Assembly: GCA_044892505.1 (NCBI GenBank)
Contig: CM097882.1
Location: 394,382,001 to 394,446,000 of the forward strand
Direction of reading: 5' to 3'
Length of the DNA: 64,000 nucleotides
Source of the DNA: Schmidtea nova
Taxonomy: Eukaryota
The translations under genes were made by a program, and so were the position numbers. Under the pieces are notes generated by a model, which was not told the DNA's origin, ran no database searches, and was given only the letters and a program-made list of their open reading frames with translations. Below are positions 1 to 12,900 of the stretch, piece by piece (the first letter of the stretch is position 1; each line of letters begins with the position of its first letter).

Positions 1-1616
1 AATAAGGCGATGACCATTACTATTTTCTTAACATTTCCCAAAATTACCAGCACTGCGTGTAGGCTTATTCACTGCTTCTGTTTTTCGTTATCTAGCTGGT
101 CAACGACTAAATATGTTTGATTAGTTTTATCTTTCCCAATCACATCAACGTTTTCACCAGCCCTCGCTCTGTGAAACCAATATCTGTTTCTTAACACACT
201 CTGATACCATACAAAATTTCGGGTGTGGACAATCCTTTACCAGATGATCCACCTAAAGGCAATTATAGCATAATCGCTTGTGTTTAACTAATTCTCTGCG
301 CTCATCGACAGTCAAGTTTCTAAACTCTTGAGATTGATTTAAAAATGATTGTTACTGCATTTCACGCAAGACAACGCTTTCTTTAGTTGTTCAGTTTGCT
401 CAATAATTTCTTTTCTTTTTCACTGTACTTCTCTCGACACAAATGTTCTTGTTCTTTCTGATCTCTTTGTTATGAAGTTACCTTGATTATTATTCTTCCA
501 AGATGGTTTCACCTGTATCTGCTCAATTCTTGACGTCATTCGTTGATCGGTAAAGTCATGCAATTCTTCTAATACGTTTCGCTTCATTTCTGCCAATTGA
601 AAGATTCACTTATCAACTGCATCTCCATTCCTCTCCTTTTTTATTGTCATTTCTCCATTTTGCCCACTGGAACACTAAATGTTTAGGTAACTTATTTATT
701 GAGCTTGATATAAAAATCCACCTTCAAGCTCATTTTTCATGCCCAAAGCTGTAAGTCTTATCATCATGGCGCTTATTAATTCTTGAAAAGCTTCCATTTA
801 ACCAATCGACACTGACCTAATAGTTGTAAAGCGGTTTACTTCCTCTTTCAACACCTGCATATCGCCTGTCTAATCACGTTAAGGCTGCTTCTTACGCATC
901 TGCTTTAAAACCGAGTTAATTTACAACTCTATACGGTTCGTCTTTTAGAGATTGCCTTAAATGCAACAATTTCTCTACAGTTGTCCCAAAAGCTGAATAC
1001 ACACAATCATCAAAAATTGCTCTCCACTGAACATATTCCAACGTTTTCCCATTGAACACCGGAATCTCTATCTTTTTTAATTTATCTAATCGTTTCAATG
1101 CTTAACCTTCATAACTTTTCTTCTTAGTTCTAATAATATTTTCTTTCTGGTTTAATAAATTCTGTCATTTTATTTCTTGGATTTCAATAGTTTTTTCCAT
1201 CACCTTTTCTCCTTGACCTCGATTCGTTTCATTAACTACACCCTTGTCAATTTCTAAAATCTTTTCAAATGAACTCCTTGATATTCCTCGAATAGAGCGC
1301 ATTTGCGAACCTACTTTAAAACATTTTTTTTCCATCTTATTCGCGAAATTTTCATCACGCTCTTTAATCGGTTATAATTCTTGATCAAAACGCTTGGCGA
1401 CTTCTAATTCATTCAGCTCTTCTGCTAAAATCTTTAGCCTGCTTCATTCCTTCTGCACCTATCCAAAGCTCTCTTCATATTTCTCTTTTCTTATCGATAG
1501 ATTCTCTACCGAGGGGTCTTCCGAGGCTCCCTTGAACAGTTTCGTTAAGTGCGCCTTTTGAAAAAGCCTGTTTCAAGTCCCTTCTTTGACTGCTTATGTT
1601 GGTCCTCTGTATTCAT
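1..1616 (-). mobile_element. BEL/Pao LTR retrotransposon, decayed gag and start of protease (continues past window start)
   Basis: Minus strand gives EIPVFNGKTLEYVQWRAIFDDCV...EKLLHLRQSLKDEP (Pao/DUF1759-type gag), zinc knuckles (LCYNCL*VDHLVKDCPHPKFC) and ISLHAVLVILGNVKKIVMVIALL leading into the protease. Many stops and frameshifts. No LTR seen upstream of gag. Confidence 0.85.
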
Positions 1617-1843
1617 TCTTCCTCTTAATCTCAACATCACATGAAAAGTAGATTCCCTTATATTATAATCAGATAGTTTTCTTCCGTCTTCCAGCGGTTT
1701 TCCTGCAAAAATAAGTCTTTCCTAGTCTGGTGGAATACCTTCTTTGTCTTGTATTTTCGCTTTCACACTGTCAGTTGTTTGATTGAACTCAAATTCTAAA
1801 GTGATGGTTTTTCCACTTATTGTCTTATTATTAAAATTTGGAT
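1617..1843 (-). pseudogene. Ubiquitin-like pseudogene or domain (absent from the ORF track)
   Basis: Manual translation: [74 protein letters not shown]. This aligns end to end with ubiquitin, with one TAG at a Gln position, a small 5' frameshift and GG changed to GR. Confidence 0.9.
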
Positions 1844-1850
1844 ACCTTGA

Positions 1851-2794
1851 TCTTTGAACAAAATAGCAACAGTCAAATAACTGACATGTCTAGGATCACA
1901 GGCAACCATCATGTTCTTAGCATCAAACATTTTTTGAGTTAGTTATGGAACTTTCAATGCACGATATTGTTGGCTTCCTCGACTTGTTAATGGAACGAAT
2001 CCTGGCATAAGGAAATGCAAACATGGAAATGGAACCATGTTAACAGCTAATTTTCTCAAATCAGCATTCAATTGACCAGGAAATCTCAAATATGTTATCA
2101 CTCCATTCACTGTAGCGCTTACTAAATTATTCAAATCCCTGTAAGTTGAAGTTGTCAATTTCAAAGTTTTCAAGTAAATATCGTATAAGGCTTCATTGTC
2201 AATACAGAATGTTTCATCTGTATTTTCAACCAATTGATGGACTGATAAAGTAGCAATGTAGGGTTCAACAACGGTGTTTGACACTTTGGGTGATGGAACA
2301 ACCGATAATATGTTTATGATTCTATTTGGATATTCTTCTCTGATTTTAGAGACAAGAAGAGTTCCCATTCCATATCCTGTTCCTCCTCCCAATGAGTGAG
2401 TCAATTGAAAACATCGCAAACAGTCACAAAATCCAGTTTCTTTTCATACAATATCTTAAACAGAGTCGACTTATTCTGCTCCTTTGATCTAATATACTTT
2501 GCCCAAGTTGTTACTAGCTCCACTTAGTCTGAAAACAAAGTTGTCTGGTCTGAATAATTGACCAAATGGTCCAGCTCACAGTACATGGATCCAAATCAAT
2601 CAGAACTGCTCTGGGAACAAACTTGCACCAGTAGCTTCATTATAATATGCATAATTTCTTTCTAGTTGCAAATCGGAATCTCCGTGGCATGCACCAGTTG
2701 GATCAATACCATGCTCATCATAAATAACTTCCCAAAACTTGGCACTAATTTTGATATTACATTGACCAGCTTGCAAGACAACAATTTCTCTCAT
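1851..2794 (-). pseudogene. TUBB: Processed (intronless), 3'-truncated beta-tubulin pseudogene
   Basis: [12 protein letters not shown]..., [15 protein letters not shown]..., [15 protein letters not shown]..., [19 protein letters not shown]. About 945 nt covers residues 1 to ~318, leaving no room for introns. Stops and frameshifts present. Confidence 0.93.
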
Positions 2795-4143
2795 TTTTGG
2801 TTAAATTAATTCGAAGTCAATCTCAAAAGTTAATTTTAAAAATTCAAAAAAAAATACATCTGGCTAAGGCTGAGTCATAAAGGCTTTAAAAACTTTCAGT
2901 TTTTTGTTTTTCTTATTAATTGATAAGCATTCAATTTATTTTCTTGATCCTTTTTTTGAAGTACTTAAAATACTATATATTAACTCCAAACTGCTTATAA
3001 TGAATTATTATTATTACTTAATTAATTCATAATTATTAAATAAGTTACGTGTTATACAAATTTTATAAATTATGTGTTTTTGCGATGACAAATTAAATTC
3101 TTAAAATTAACTTATAATTTTTGCACATTCTTTATCAAGTGTTAATAAACAAATAGTATTTTATTTAATTTGTTTTAACCAGGGGTCGCCAAAGAAGTCG
3201 ATATAGAATCCCTGGATAGATTTGGCATTGTTATAGGTCGAGTTGCTCTCGAGGTTCAATAGCGGATCGAGGGAATAGTTAATTAAAAATTCTTAATATA
3301 ACATGTATCTAAACTAATAATATAATGAGGAAAAAATACTAGAAGTAAATAACTGCAAAAATATTAAAATACAATATATAATATTTTTACAAAATATGGA
3401 CTCATTTTTCATTTAAGAGAAATTCTTGAAAAATAGTTATATATTTATATTTTAAATTTCAAAAAGTTGTTGGAGCTTATCTAAACAGGCACAAAATAAA
3501 ATAAATGCATAGAAAACTTTATATTAATCAAAAGAATAACAAAATTCAAAAAATAACAAATACAGTGCAAAATTAATTAAAAATAAAAATCAATATCTTG
3601 CTAGGGAAACAAGTTATGAGTGGATGCCAAATAATGAAATAAATCCAAAATTCATCATATTAAGTGAATGGGAGATAGGTGGTGTTTTAGAAGATATTGA
3701 ATTTATAATAGCGATAGGGTTTTCACCTTATATCATTGATGGTATTGGACTTCTAAATAACTTTGGAATTAAGTTGACTAAAATAGAAAAAAAATGTTGT
3801 AATGGACAATTTTGAACAGAAAAATTGACGAGATATGTAGCATTGTTGCTAAATTTGGAGAAATTATAAATGATGATTTGAAGCTACAAATGGTATAATA
3901 TAATTTAGAAATTAAAGAACATACCGAATTATTTAAAGAAATTGAAAGGAATGAATGCATATTTATGGCAAACAAATGGGATATAGGAAAAACAATTTGG
4001 GTTAAACATTCAATTGACACACCTGGTGGACCTATTCTAGTTAAGCCACGGAAACAGCCTATGCATTATGAAGAAAAAACTAATGAACCAATTAAAAATT
4101 TAGAGGAAGGTGGAACCATAAGGCAATGTGACTCACAGTGGAA

Positions 4144-5821
4144 GTTCCAAAATACTCCATCGCTTTGTAGAAACAGAAAAAATTGTAGAGTTCATGAACA
4201 ATACCAAAAAAATTTATTCCTTCGATGCAACAGTCCACAGCAGCCTCTCCCACTAAGTTAAGAGAATGACCTGAACATAGCAAGAATTTCGCCAGCTTAT
4301 TGAGTTCCAAAATTTTAGTTTTCATGCCTATATATTTTCCAGTCAAATTGCTCGCGTTATCATAAGACTGGCTTCTGCAGTTGCTGATTTCCAAGTTCAA
4401 TCTTTCGTCTAAAAAGCCCACGGTTACATTTGCTAAATTTTCCCCTGTGTGATAATCGATGTGGATGTAGTTGACAAATCTTTCAATTGGCTCATTAGAA
4501 GTTTGATCAATGTACCTCAAGATCACACATAGTTGATCTTTGTGGCTCACATCAGGTGTCGAGTCTACTGATAATCCATAATACTTCGATTTTAGACCAT
4601 CATCGCTGATTGATTGCAAAACTTTTTTTGCCATCAATACGATCAACTCCTCACATTTAGTCTTTGAGAGGTAGTTTGTTTTTCCAGAACCGCTGTCACC
4701 ATAATTTTTTATGTGTTCGGCCAAAAAAAGATCAAACTGTGCAATCAATTCGAGCAGACCAATAAAATTCCCGTTGCTCTCAGCCCCAAATTTTTCATTT
4801 GAACCTCTAAAAGTTAAGTTTCTTTCAATCAATTTGCAAATTACAGCCGTGACTCTTCTTAGAACCTCTCTCCAGTAGTTTTTCTCTTTGCGAATTTCGT
4901 TTAGAAATTGATCCTTTAAAACGTTGTTATTTTTTCTGTGAAAGTATGCTAAAGAAGCTTTTCTGTGGTCCGATGAGTTCTCATGGCCTTGAAATGATGC
5001 CACAGAATTTTTTCAATCTTTAAATCCCGTTAAGGCTAAAGCAAATTTTGAGGCTTCAAAAAGTTTGCAGACAAAACAGAATACACAACCCAACGCTGGT
5101 GAATATATGAGCCATTCTCTATTAAACGTTTCACCGTTCACTTTTTTCCCCACAAACAAGCTTTTTGAGCAATATCGATCGCGATCTTGATAAGTCATTA
5201 TAGAGGATTTAAAGTCATTATCTGCATTTTGACATGTTGATGGACCACTCTCTATCCAAAATTGTATTTCCTCAGCTGAAAGGTTATCCCAAAGTCCTGG
5301 ATCACTTTTTCTATTCAATGGCAAATCCTTTTGAATAACTGTCTCTTCATCAAGTTCTGATTGTTCGTTTAAAGTTTGAGTCACTTCGATTGAGTCCTCT
5401 AAAACACCCGATAAACTAGCTTCTTCACTTATGCCAAAGTTTGTAAAATTAGCTGAAGTTGATGAATAAGCATGAGATTCTGTTTTCAACAGAAAACTAT
5501 CGAGATTTCGATGTTTCTTAATGTTTTTTTCTATTTCTGCTTTTTTCTTTCTTTTTGCAGCTCCACTTTCATAAGTTCTTAAGGAGCTTCTTCCCATTTC
5601 TGGTTGAAATTTTTTTTTCTCGGAGAAATTAACTTAATGTTTTTTAATTTTAAGATGAAATTTTTATAAAAAAAAATATTAAAATCACTATGAAATAATT
5701 ATATTGCAAATCGATTGATATTAAAAAAATTTTTCATACTACTCAAAATTTTTTTGGGGCCCCTTATTTTGCGGGGCCTCTAGGCCATGGCCTAGTCGGC
5801 CTGCCTGTAAATCCGGCCCTG
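4144..5821 (-). mobile_element. hAT DNA transposon (ZMYM1-like/DUF4371-type transposase), 3' part deleted
   Basis: Terminus CAGGGCCGG at 5821. ORFs 5013-5597 and 4092-5003 are one frame split by a single TGA (GFKD*KNS). TTF-type zinc finger (CVFCFVCKLF) and DSTPDVSHKDQL, QSYDNASN, CSGHSLNL motifs. AGTGGAA repeated on both flanks. Confidence 0.9.
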
Positions 5822-6265
5822 AGTGGAACCCACCTTTAGTATGTGTTTGGAAGAAGAAAAAATCGATATTCGATTATGTTTCGATTTCAGATGTTTGAAT
5901 AAAATTACTGAAGTGAAAGCATTCCCAATGCCAATATAGAGAAGATGTTAGATATTCTGAATGGCTCAAAATATTTTAGTACAATTGATTAAGTTACTGT
6001 ATATTATCAAGTGGAACTTGATGAATCTTCAAAAATTAAAACTGCGTTTTCTACTAAAATAGGTCAATATTGTTTCATTAGAATGCCATTTGGTATTGCA
6101 GCCGCAGCGGCTACTTTTCAAAAGTTAATGACTTAGGAGATTTGATTTTGAAAGACACAATTGTTTATTTAGGCAATATTTATATTTGGTGAAAAAAGGA
6201 AGAACATCTAAAAGCGAATTGAAAAAGTTCTCGATAGAATTAAGTTTGCTGGATTGAAAGTAAAT

Positions 6266-6597
6266 TTTTACTCTCTATTAACTTCGCTGATGTATGTATG
6301 TTTGTATGTGCCACGCAAATTTTCCTAGGCCAAATTAATCAACTTTCCGTGATTGGATTGAGTTGAAATTTGGCAAGTATATCCGTTGTCGAGAACACTG
6401 TAAGCTATCAAAACTTAAGATCGATCCGAACACTGAAAGTGGTTAATTAAAAAAAATCAACCATAAAAAAGTGATTTTACGTAATAATAAATATTTCATA
6501 GCACTGAGAACGCTTATTGAAATTTTAGTTTTGAGTAAAATTTAAAGAATGAAATATAGAGAGTTTCAAAAACCATGTTTTTTATGGTTGATTTTTT
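6266..6597 (+). mobile_element. Probable Helentron-associated (HINE/DINE-1-like) non-autonomous insert within gypsy RT
   Basis: Interrupts the RT frame in a T run. Has a (GTAT)n/GTTT microsatellite near its 5' end, a TGAAATTTGGCA motif and a 20-bp inverted repeat (6451-6470 / 6578-6597). Confidence 0.45.
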
Positions 6598-8719
6598 GAA
6601 GAATGAAACAAAATTTCTCTTGCATATTATAAATGCAGATGAAATTCAATCGGATAAGAATAAACTTGTGTCAATAAAGAATTTTGAAAGACCAAATTGT
6701 AAAAAAAAATTGAGAAATTTCCTAGGAATATACAAAGTTTGCTAGAATATTGAAAGGAAAGTGTGGAACAATAAATAAAAGCTAATACGGTCAAATGATT
6801 GCGAGGAAGCGTTTAAAGAATTGAAAAACGCATCATCAGTAACCCCAAGGCTTATATATTCAGATTTTAGGAAAACGTCATTCTGAATATTGGCCCAAGT
6901 TTTGATTCTATAGGTGCAGTGCTGTCACAAAAAGACGAACATAAAAACGAGAGTTGTTGCTTTAGGTTCACACATAATGAGTAATCATGAAATCTGAAAC
7001 TGTACTACGAGGAAAGAATTATTTGCAAAATATTATTTTACTCAACATTTTAAGGAACTCAACCTTTTTACTCAACTTTTGTGGTACAAAATTTACTTTA
7101 AGAACTGACCATAAACAAATCATCTTTATGATTGAAACAAAGAAGCCAATCGTCGCACAATTTCATACGTGGATAAACCTTTTAATCAGAATGGATATTG
7201 ATATAGAATATAGGAAATGAACAAAACATTCAAATGCTGAAATTCAAGAAACAAATGCGGAAAATGTACACAAAGTTTGATGATTCATGAAAATGCTTAA
7301 GTGGAAAAAATAAGACAAGATTTCTTGCAATGATTTCAGAAAGTCAAAGTAAAGTATGGGAAGATAATAATGATGAAGTTAAGAAATATTCAGAACAATT
7401 AGAAGAGATAATGAACAATAATAAATTTAAAATCACAGATGGAATATTAAAAACACACAATAAAAATACTTTGATTTCAAAAAGCAGTCGAAAAGACTTC
7501 ATTATAAATATGCATGAGATATTGTGCCACTCGGGTGTTCAAAAAGTGATAGAATACACCAAAACTGAAAAATATATGTTATAGAAGTTATTCAATGATG
7601 TGAAATATGGCGAAAGAGTAAAGTATGGACAACAAAGGCAAAAGAAACCATTAAGGTTTCAGAAATGGTACAACCTTTTTAAATAATATTTGTTAATTTT
7701 TGCGAGTCGTTGCTGGTAAATATTTATGGAAGAAAATAAATTCTCGGAATAATTGATCATTGTAGTAGATACAGTTCATTGTCTGCAATAAATTCCCAAG
7801 ATTAAATAAATACAGTAAAAATACTTATAAAAGAATGGATACTAAAATTTGGTGCTCCCAGAATGATATTATTAGAATGTGGAAAAACATTTGAATTTCG
7901 AATGATTATAGAGCTTTCTGAAAAATACGATATTTTTTGGTATATAATGGGAGTATTATAGCCCATATCATCATAATACAAATGGATTGATAGAAAGACA
8001 ATTCAGGACAATTAGAGAATATATGAGTGCTTTGCTTGAAGACCGTCTGGGGAAAGATTAGGTGGAGATATTGCCAGAAATTGAATTTACGATGAACACA
8101 ACAATTCAGAATACTATTGTCCAGCAGAAGTTATTTTTGAATTCAATCGTACAAGAGAATGGGCGCGAAGTGTGGATAGAATTGTTATGAGAGAAGAAAA
8201 TATTAGATATGCACAAGGAAAATAGAAAAATAAGCAATAAAAAATGAGTACAAAGAATTTTCCATTTTCATGAAAAAGCTTTAGTTAAGGTTGACATTCG
8301 ATCAAAGTAGGGCCATTTGTGAAGTGGTCGAAAAAGTACACGAGAGGAGCTATAGGTTGAAAGATATGATCGGTAGGATTTTAAACCGAAATGAGGAATG
8401 TTTGAAAACCTTTCACAAAGGATGTTAGATATTATATTAATTTGAACTATATTTGTAATAAATATAATTATTAAATTATTTATCAGTATTATATTTTATT
8501 TATAAACATTGACGTGAAATATTATTGTTGTTATTGGAATATTTAAATCAATTGTTATAATCAAATAGTTTTATGATATTTCATATTGTTGATATATAAT
8601 AAAGTTTAAAAATGTAGATCCTTTGAATTTAACATCATTTAGTTAATTTTTTAAGAGTTTCATTACTTTTTTGGCAAACCACGTATGTATTTTTAAATTA
8701 TAAATTTTCTATGTACCTT

Positions 8720-10928
8720 AAATTTTGAGATGTAATGAATCAGCGTATGATTTTTACTATCTACTCGTTGTATTTATACTATAAGGAAGCTTAAACTTTG
8801 AAACGTTGTGTATTTTGCTTATTGTCTTCAATTTTAATAATTTTTACAGCTACAGTAAAACCAATGACAACTTCAGATTCTATTTATTCATTCGTTCACA
8901 AGCGTAACGATGCATTAAGGTTTTTGTGAAAAGCCTTTAGTAACTGTAAAGAGTTTTAAAATTCTTGATTATATTCTTAGATTATTATTCCTTCTTATTT
9001 TCAATCGATCTTTTTTAAGCGCTATCTCAGTTTTTGTCTTGATCGGATTTAATTCGTTTACTTCCAAAATAATAATTATATTTTCTAATTCGTTTTTTAA
9101 TCGTTTTCTATAATTTCTTTTTCTATTTCAATTTCTTCAGTAACTTAGTATTTTAGAATATAAAAATTTTTTATTTGTATTGATTTTTTAATTTGTCAAT
9201 TTGGCTTACTATAGCATTTGCTATAGTAAGCCAAATTCGAAATTCAAATTCAAATAATTAAATTAAAATGATAATAGTTATAATAAAAACTTAGCAAACA
9301 AAAAACAAAAGGGGGTACAAAACCGTCACTCTAATAATAATCACACTAATAATAAAGATTAACTACTCATTACACACACACACACACATATATATATATA
9401 TTTATGGTAATATGTTGTGATTTATTTATTATGTTTATTATTACCTTGTGTATTATTATGTCGAGAATAAAGGTGTTTAGGAAGAAGTTGTAAAACCCGA
9501 GAGAGTCCTACAATATCGGTGTGCAGACACTCGGGGTGTATGCTGTGTAGTTAGGTGCCTGTAGGAGTACTTGCGTGCGTGTGTATGCTTGAATGTACAA
9601 TAATAATAACAAATTAATGGTTTATGAAATTATACTAAAACAAATTACTTAAATCAAATCAAGAAAATAAACTACGAACAAGTTACTTATAATTTGTAAT
9701 TGGGTTTGGCTTCCTCAATCTTAAGTTTAAATTATTCTTTTGTCTAGATTTTCTGTTAACTTTAGAAATAGTAATAAATTAGATTCGGCTGATAAAACTC
9801 ATTATTATTTTTTTTAATTTAAAAAAAAATCAATAGTATTTATTTGTGTAGTTTACTATAGTTATTTACTATAGTAAGCTTTATATTCAAAATTCGAAAT
9901 TTGAATTTTGATTATAATATTTTAATTATTATAATACTGGAAAAATTGACCAAAAAAGGGGGTACCACACCTTTACAATAGAAATCGCAATCACACATAA
10001 TAATAAAATAATAAAGGCAATAATAAAAATAACCTAAACAGTAAAATACGACATTAACACACACACACATATATATATAGTGAATGAAAAAGAGTTGTGT
10101 AGGAGAAGCTGTAGAATCCGAGAGAGTCTCCGATTTAATGTTGGGACACTCGGGGTGTGTGTTGTGTAAGTGAATGAGTGTATGTCGTAGAAGGTTGTAC
10201 CAACCGATAGACAATGAATAAATATTTTATATAAAACTAAAAATTAAATTTACAATATATATTCAAACAAACAATGTTAAAGAATGATTACCACAACTGT
10301 TGGAGATGGGTAGTCACATAAACTGACGATAATCGAATCTTTACCTAGCCTTTAGTCGTACTTCTCTTCCGTTATTTTCTTTTAATTTCACAGTTATTTA
10401 GTTATAAATTTAATTAAGGTTCCTATTTGAATTTTATTTGGATAATTCTAGTTTTCGGAAAATTGACTTTTCAATTGTGTTATTTTCTAGTTTTTATTTC
10501 CTTTTCTGTTGTCGAGTCACCACTTTTATTAATGATGCTCCTTGAGTTTTCTTTGGATAATTCTAGTTTCGGTTATCTAGTTTTGTTTCGGAAGGTTAAC
10601 TTCTCGATTGTTTTAATTTCTAGTTTTTATTTCCTTTACAGTTGTTGGGTCACAAATTTTATTAATGATCAATTTTCTTTGAGTTTTCTTTAGATATAAA
10701 CTGTATCATAAAATTTATCTTTTTGAATTAATTATCGATTATTTTCTAATTGTCAATTTGTTTTCTATAGTTATTTATAGTTATTTATTTTAAATTTATA
10801 GTTATTTATTTATAGTTATTTATTTAAACTTTTAAATTAAATTTTAATTTAACAATAATTTAACAAAAAACAAAAAGGGGGGAACAAAATATAGGGGAAA
10901 ATAAAACACACGCATTGAGAACATTACA
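8720..10928. repeat. Three tandem, diverged solo-LTR-like units, each followed by (CA)n(TA)n
   Basis: Units end in CATTA(A)CA at 9374, 10059 and 10928. Shared motifs: AAAAGGGGG(T)AC in all three; CCGAGAGAGTC...GACACTCGGGG hairpin and GT-rich tract in two. Layout resembles the CsRn1-like LTRs at 22927 and 32041. The left boundary is approximate. Confidence 0.55.
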
Positions 10929-11005
10929 CGCACACGCACACACACACATATATATATATATATATTATCATAATTATCTTTTTTCACCTTTGATCTTTTT
11001 TTATT

Positions 11006-11185
11006 ATTATTATCAATAATTCTCATAATGATGACTATAGATCAAAATTTTTTTATAAACAATAACAAAATATTTCGGCACAGCCTTTATCAAGTTTGTA
11101 GTTATAAAGGCTGTGCCGAAATATTGTGTTATTGTTTATAAAAAAAATTTTGATCTATAGTCATCATTATGAGAATTATTGATAA

Positions 11186-11189
<4 letters not shown>
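11006..11189. repeat. Foldback/MITE-like inverted repeat (~85-bp arms, 13-nt loop)
   Basis: 11006-11090 is the near-perfect reverse complement of 11104-11189. A diverged relative of the left arm lies at ~16655-16740. Confidence 0.85.
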
Positions 11190-11255
<66 letters not shown>

Positions 11256-11430
11256 TAATAAATACATAAAAATTAAAAGTCAATAAATTACATACTTTTA
11301 ATTATGTAATATTTAAGTGAAAGGAGTGGAGAATAATTCGAGAAAATAAATAAGGGGTCGACGGCAAAAATGTTTGGGGTCTCTTGTCTAAACTATATTT
11401 TAAATTCATTTCATTGACTAATTAGGTCAA

Positions 11431-12900
11431 CCCTAGAATACCTGAGAAAAAGTTACATTTTGATCTGAACATGACCACAGTAGTCACGAAATAATATATT
11501 TTTAAAATTTTTAATAAACAAAAGATATAAATATTAGGTACTAAAACACTTGCTGATCGCTATCTCCATTTTATTTTTCTCACAAATAAATTGATTGCTC
11601 CTATGACAAGTTGTTCTTCTTGTCTTTTAAATCATACTTCACATTTATCACAAAATCCTCTTTCTAAAGATGTTTTTGGCTTTTGTTGCCTGATTTGAAG
11701 ATTGTCTACTTCATCATATTTTCCTCTTCCAGTTTCTCTCTTCCTCTATGACTTTGAAATTTTGAAACTAAAAATCTTTTGTTCTTCCTAACGGTTCCAA
11801 GGATTGTTGTTTACATCGAGAGCAAGAATCTTTCCAATGAGGGAATGCTAACAATGTTATCAGTTTTGACATTCTTACCTGTCTTCAAAGAAGTTTGAAT
11901 AAGACTTTTCACTACATTCTCATCCTAAGTAGTCTCGCTGATACCATTTTCTTTGCCAATGTAGATTTTGTAATTAACCAGAATGCGTTTTAGGATCACA
12001 CAAAGCCCAAATGTTGATGCGATATCTTCCTGGCTTTGACGGAATGTACATCTTGAATAGGTAACGTCCTCTGAAAGTAACAAGTTGTTCATCAACTGTT
12101 AGTTGGTCAGATGGATTATAATTAGATGTGCAGAAATTATTGAAATGATCATAAAAATTTGTAATTGGAACACGTTTATCAGTACATCTTTTAAAATGTC
12201 TAGTCAAATCTAAGACATGAATTATAGTTTTCAAACCTGTTTCTAAAAATCCTTTTTCTTATTGAGGAAAGGCCATACTTTTCTGTCCCAAAATCTCTAG
12301 TTGCAATCCATTATTTTCTTTACTCCTATTAGACGAAGGGATCCTATAAAATATTCAATTGTTTTATGTCAATCTTTTTATATTAAGTTTTCACGTTCAA
12401 TATATTCAGTATGGCATTTTACAATAGGTTCATGCATTGAAAGATTAATTAAATCTATCAAGCATCTTGCCGGAGTTTCATAGGTCGAGAGTGAGAATTG
12501 TGAAAACCCCACTTTTACACGAAATATGTTTTCTTGACAAATTCATCTTTCATTCATTGTACGATTATGATACCAATTTTCTCCATATGTTCTCCATTTT
12601 GAACATATCGCAGTAAAGTTCTATCTCTTGGTTCAATTGCACTATCAAATAGGAAGTCTTCATTTTCTTCACTGACAGGCTCTGGAATCACTTTATTAAT
12701 TTCTTCCGTTTGGTTTATGTCATTGTCTAGATCGCTTGATTCAGAATCGCAGAAATCTTTATTTCTGTAATTTATTCTATACATTTCTAATTAATGAAAA
12801 CCAAAAAACAATATTTTTTTAAAATAAGATATTGAATGAGGACAAAGTTGCATATATACGTGGACATGATCAATGTGAAAACCTTTTAAATTTTGATTAT
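11431..12900 (-). mobile_element. piggyBac (PGBD4-like) transposon remnant
   Basis: QLTVDEQLVTFRGRYLFKMYIPSKPGRYRINIWALCD is the typical piggyBac catalytic-region motif. Acidic N-terminal ORF at 12554-12784. CCCTAG left end at 11431. Right end approximate. Confidence 0.85.

Larger units (their letters stand above)
3600..8422 (+). mobile_element. Ty3/gypsy LTR retrotransposon (family A, copy 1), heavily decayed, interrupted by a hAT and a HINE-like insert
   Basis: KWDIGKT...GPILVKPRKQP, then after the hAT WNPPLVCVWKK...RMPFGIAAA, followed by RNase H and integrase remnants. PPT-like AAAGGA precedes a probable 3' LTR starting TGTTAG at 8423. Homologous to 46017-49404. Confidence 0.85.

Noticed and set aside
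1-5600. Alternative genetic code (stop reassignment), suggested by TGA at a Trp site (5013) and TAG at a Gln site in ubiquitin
   Set aside because: Stops also replace Glu and other residues, they co-occur with frameshifts, Trp is TGG elsewhere, and the host exons are stop-free. Ordinary pseudogenisation explains it.
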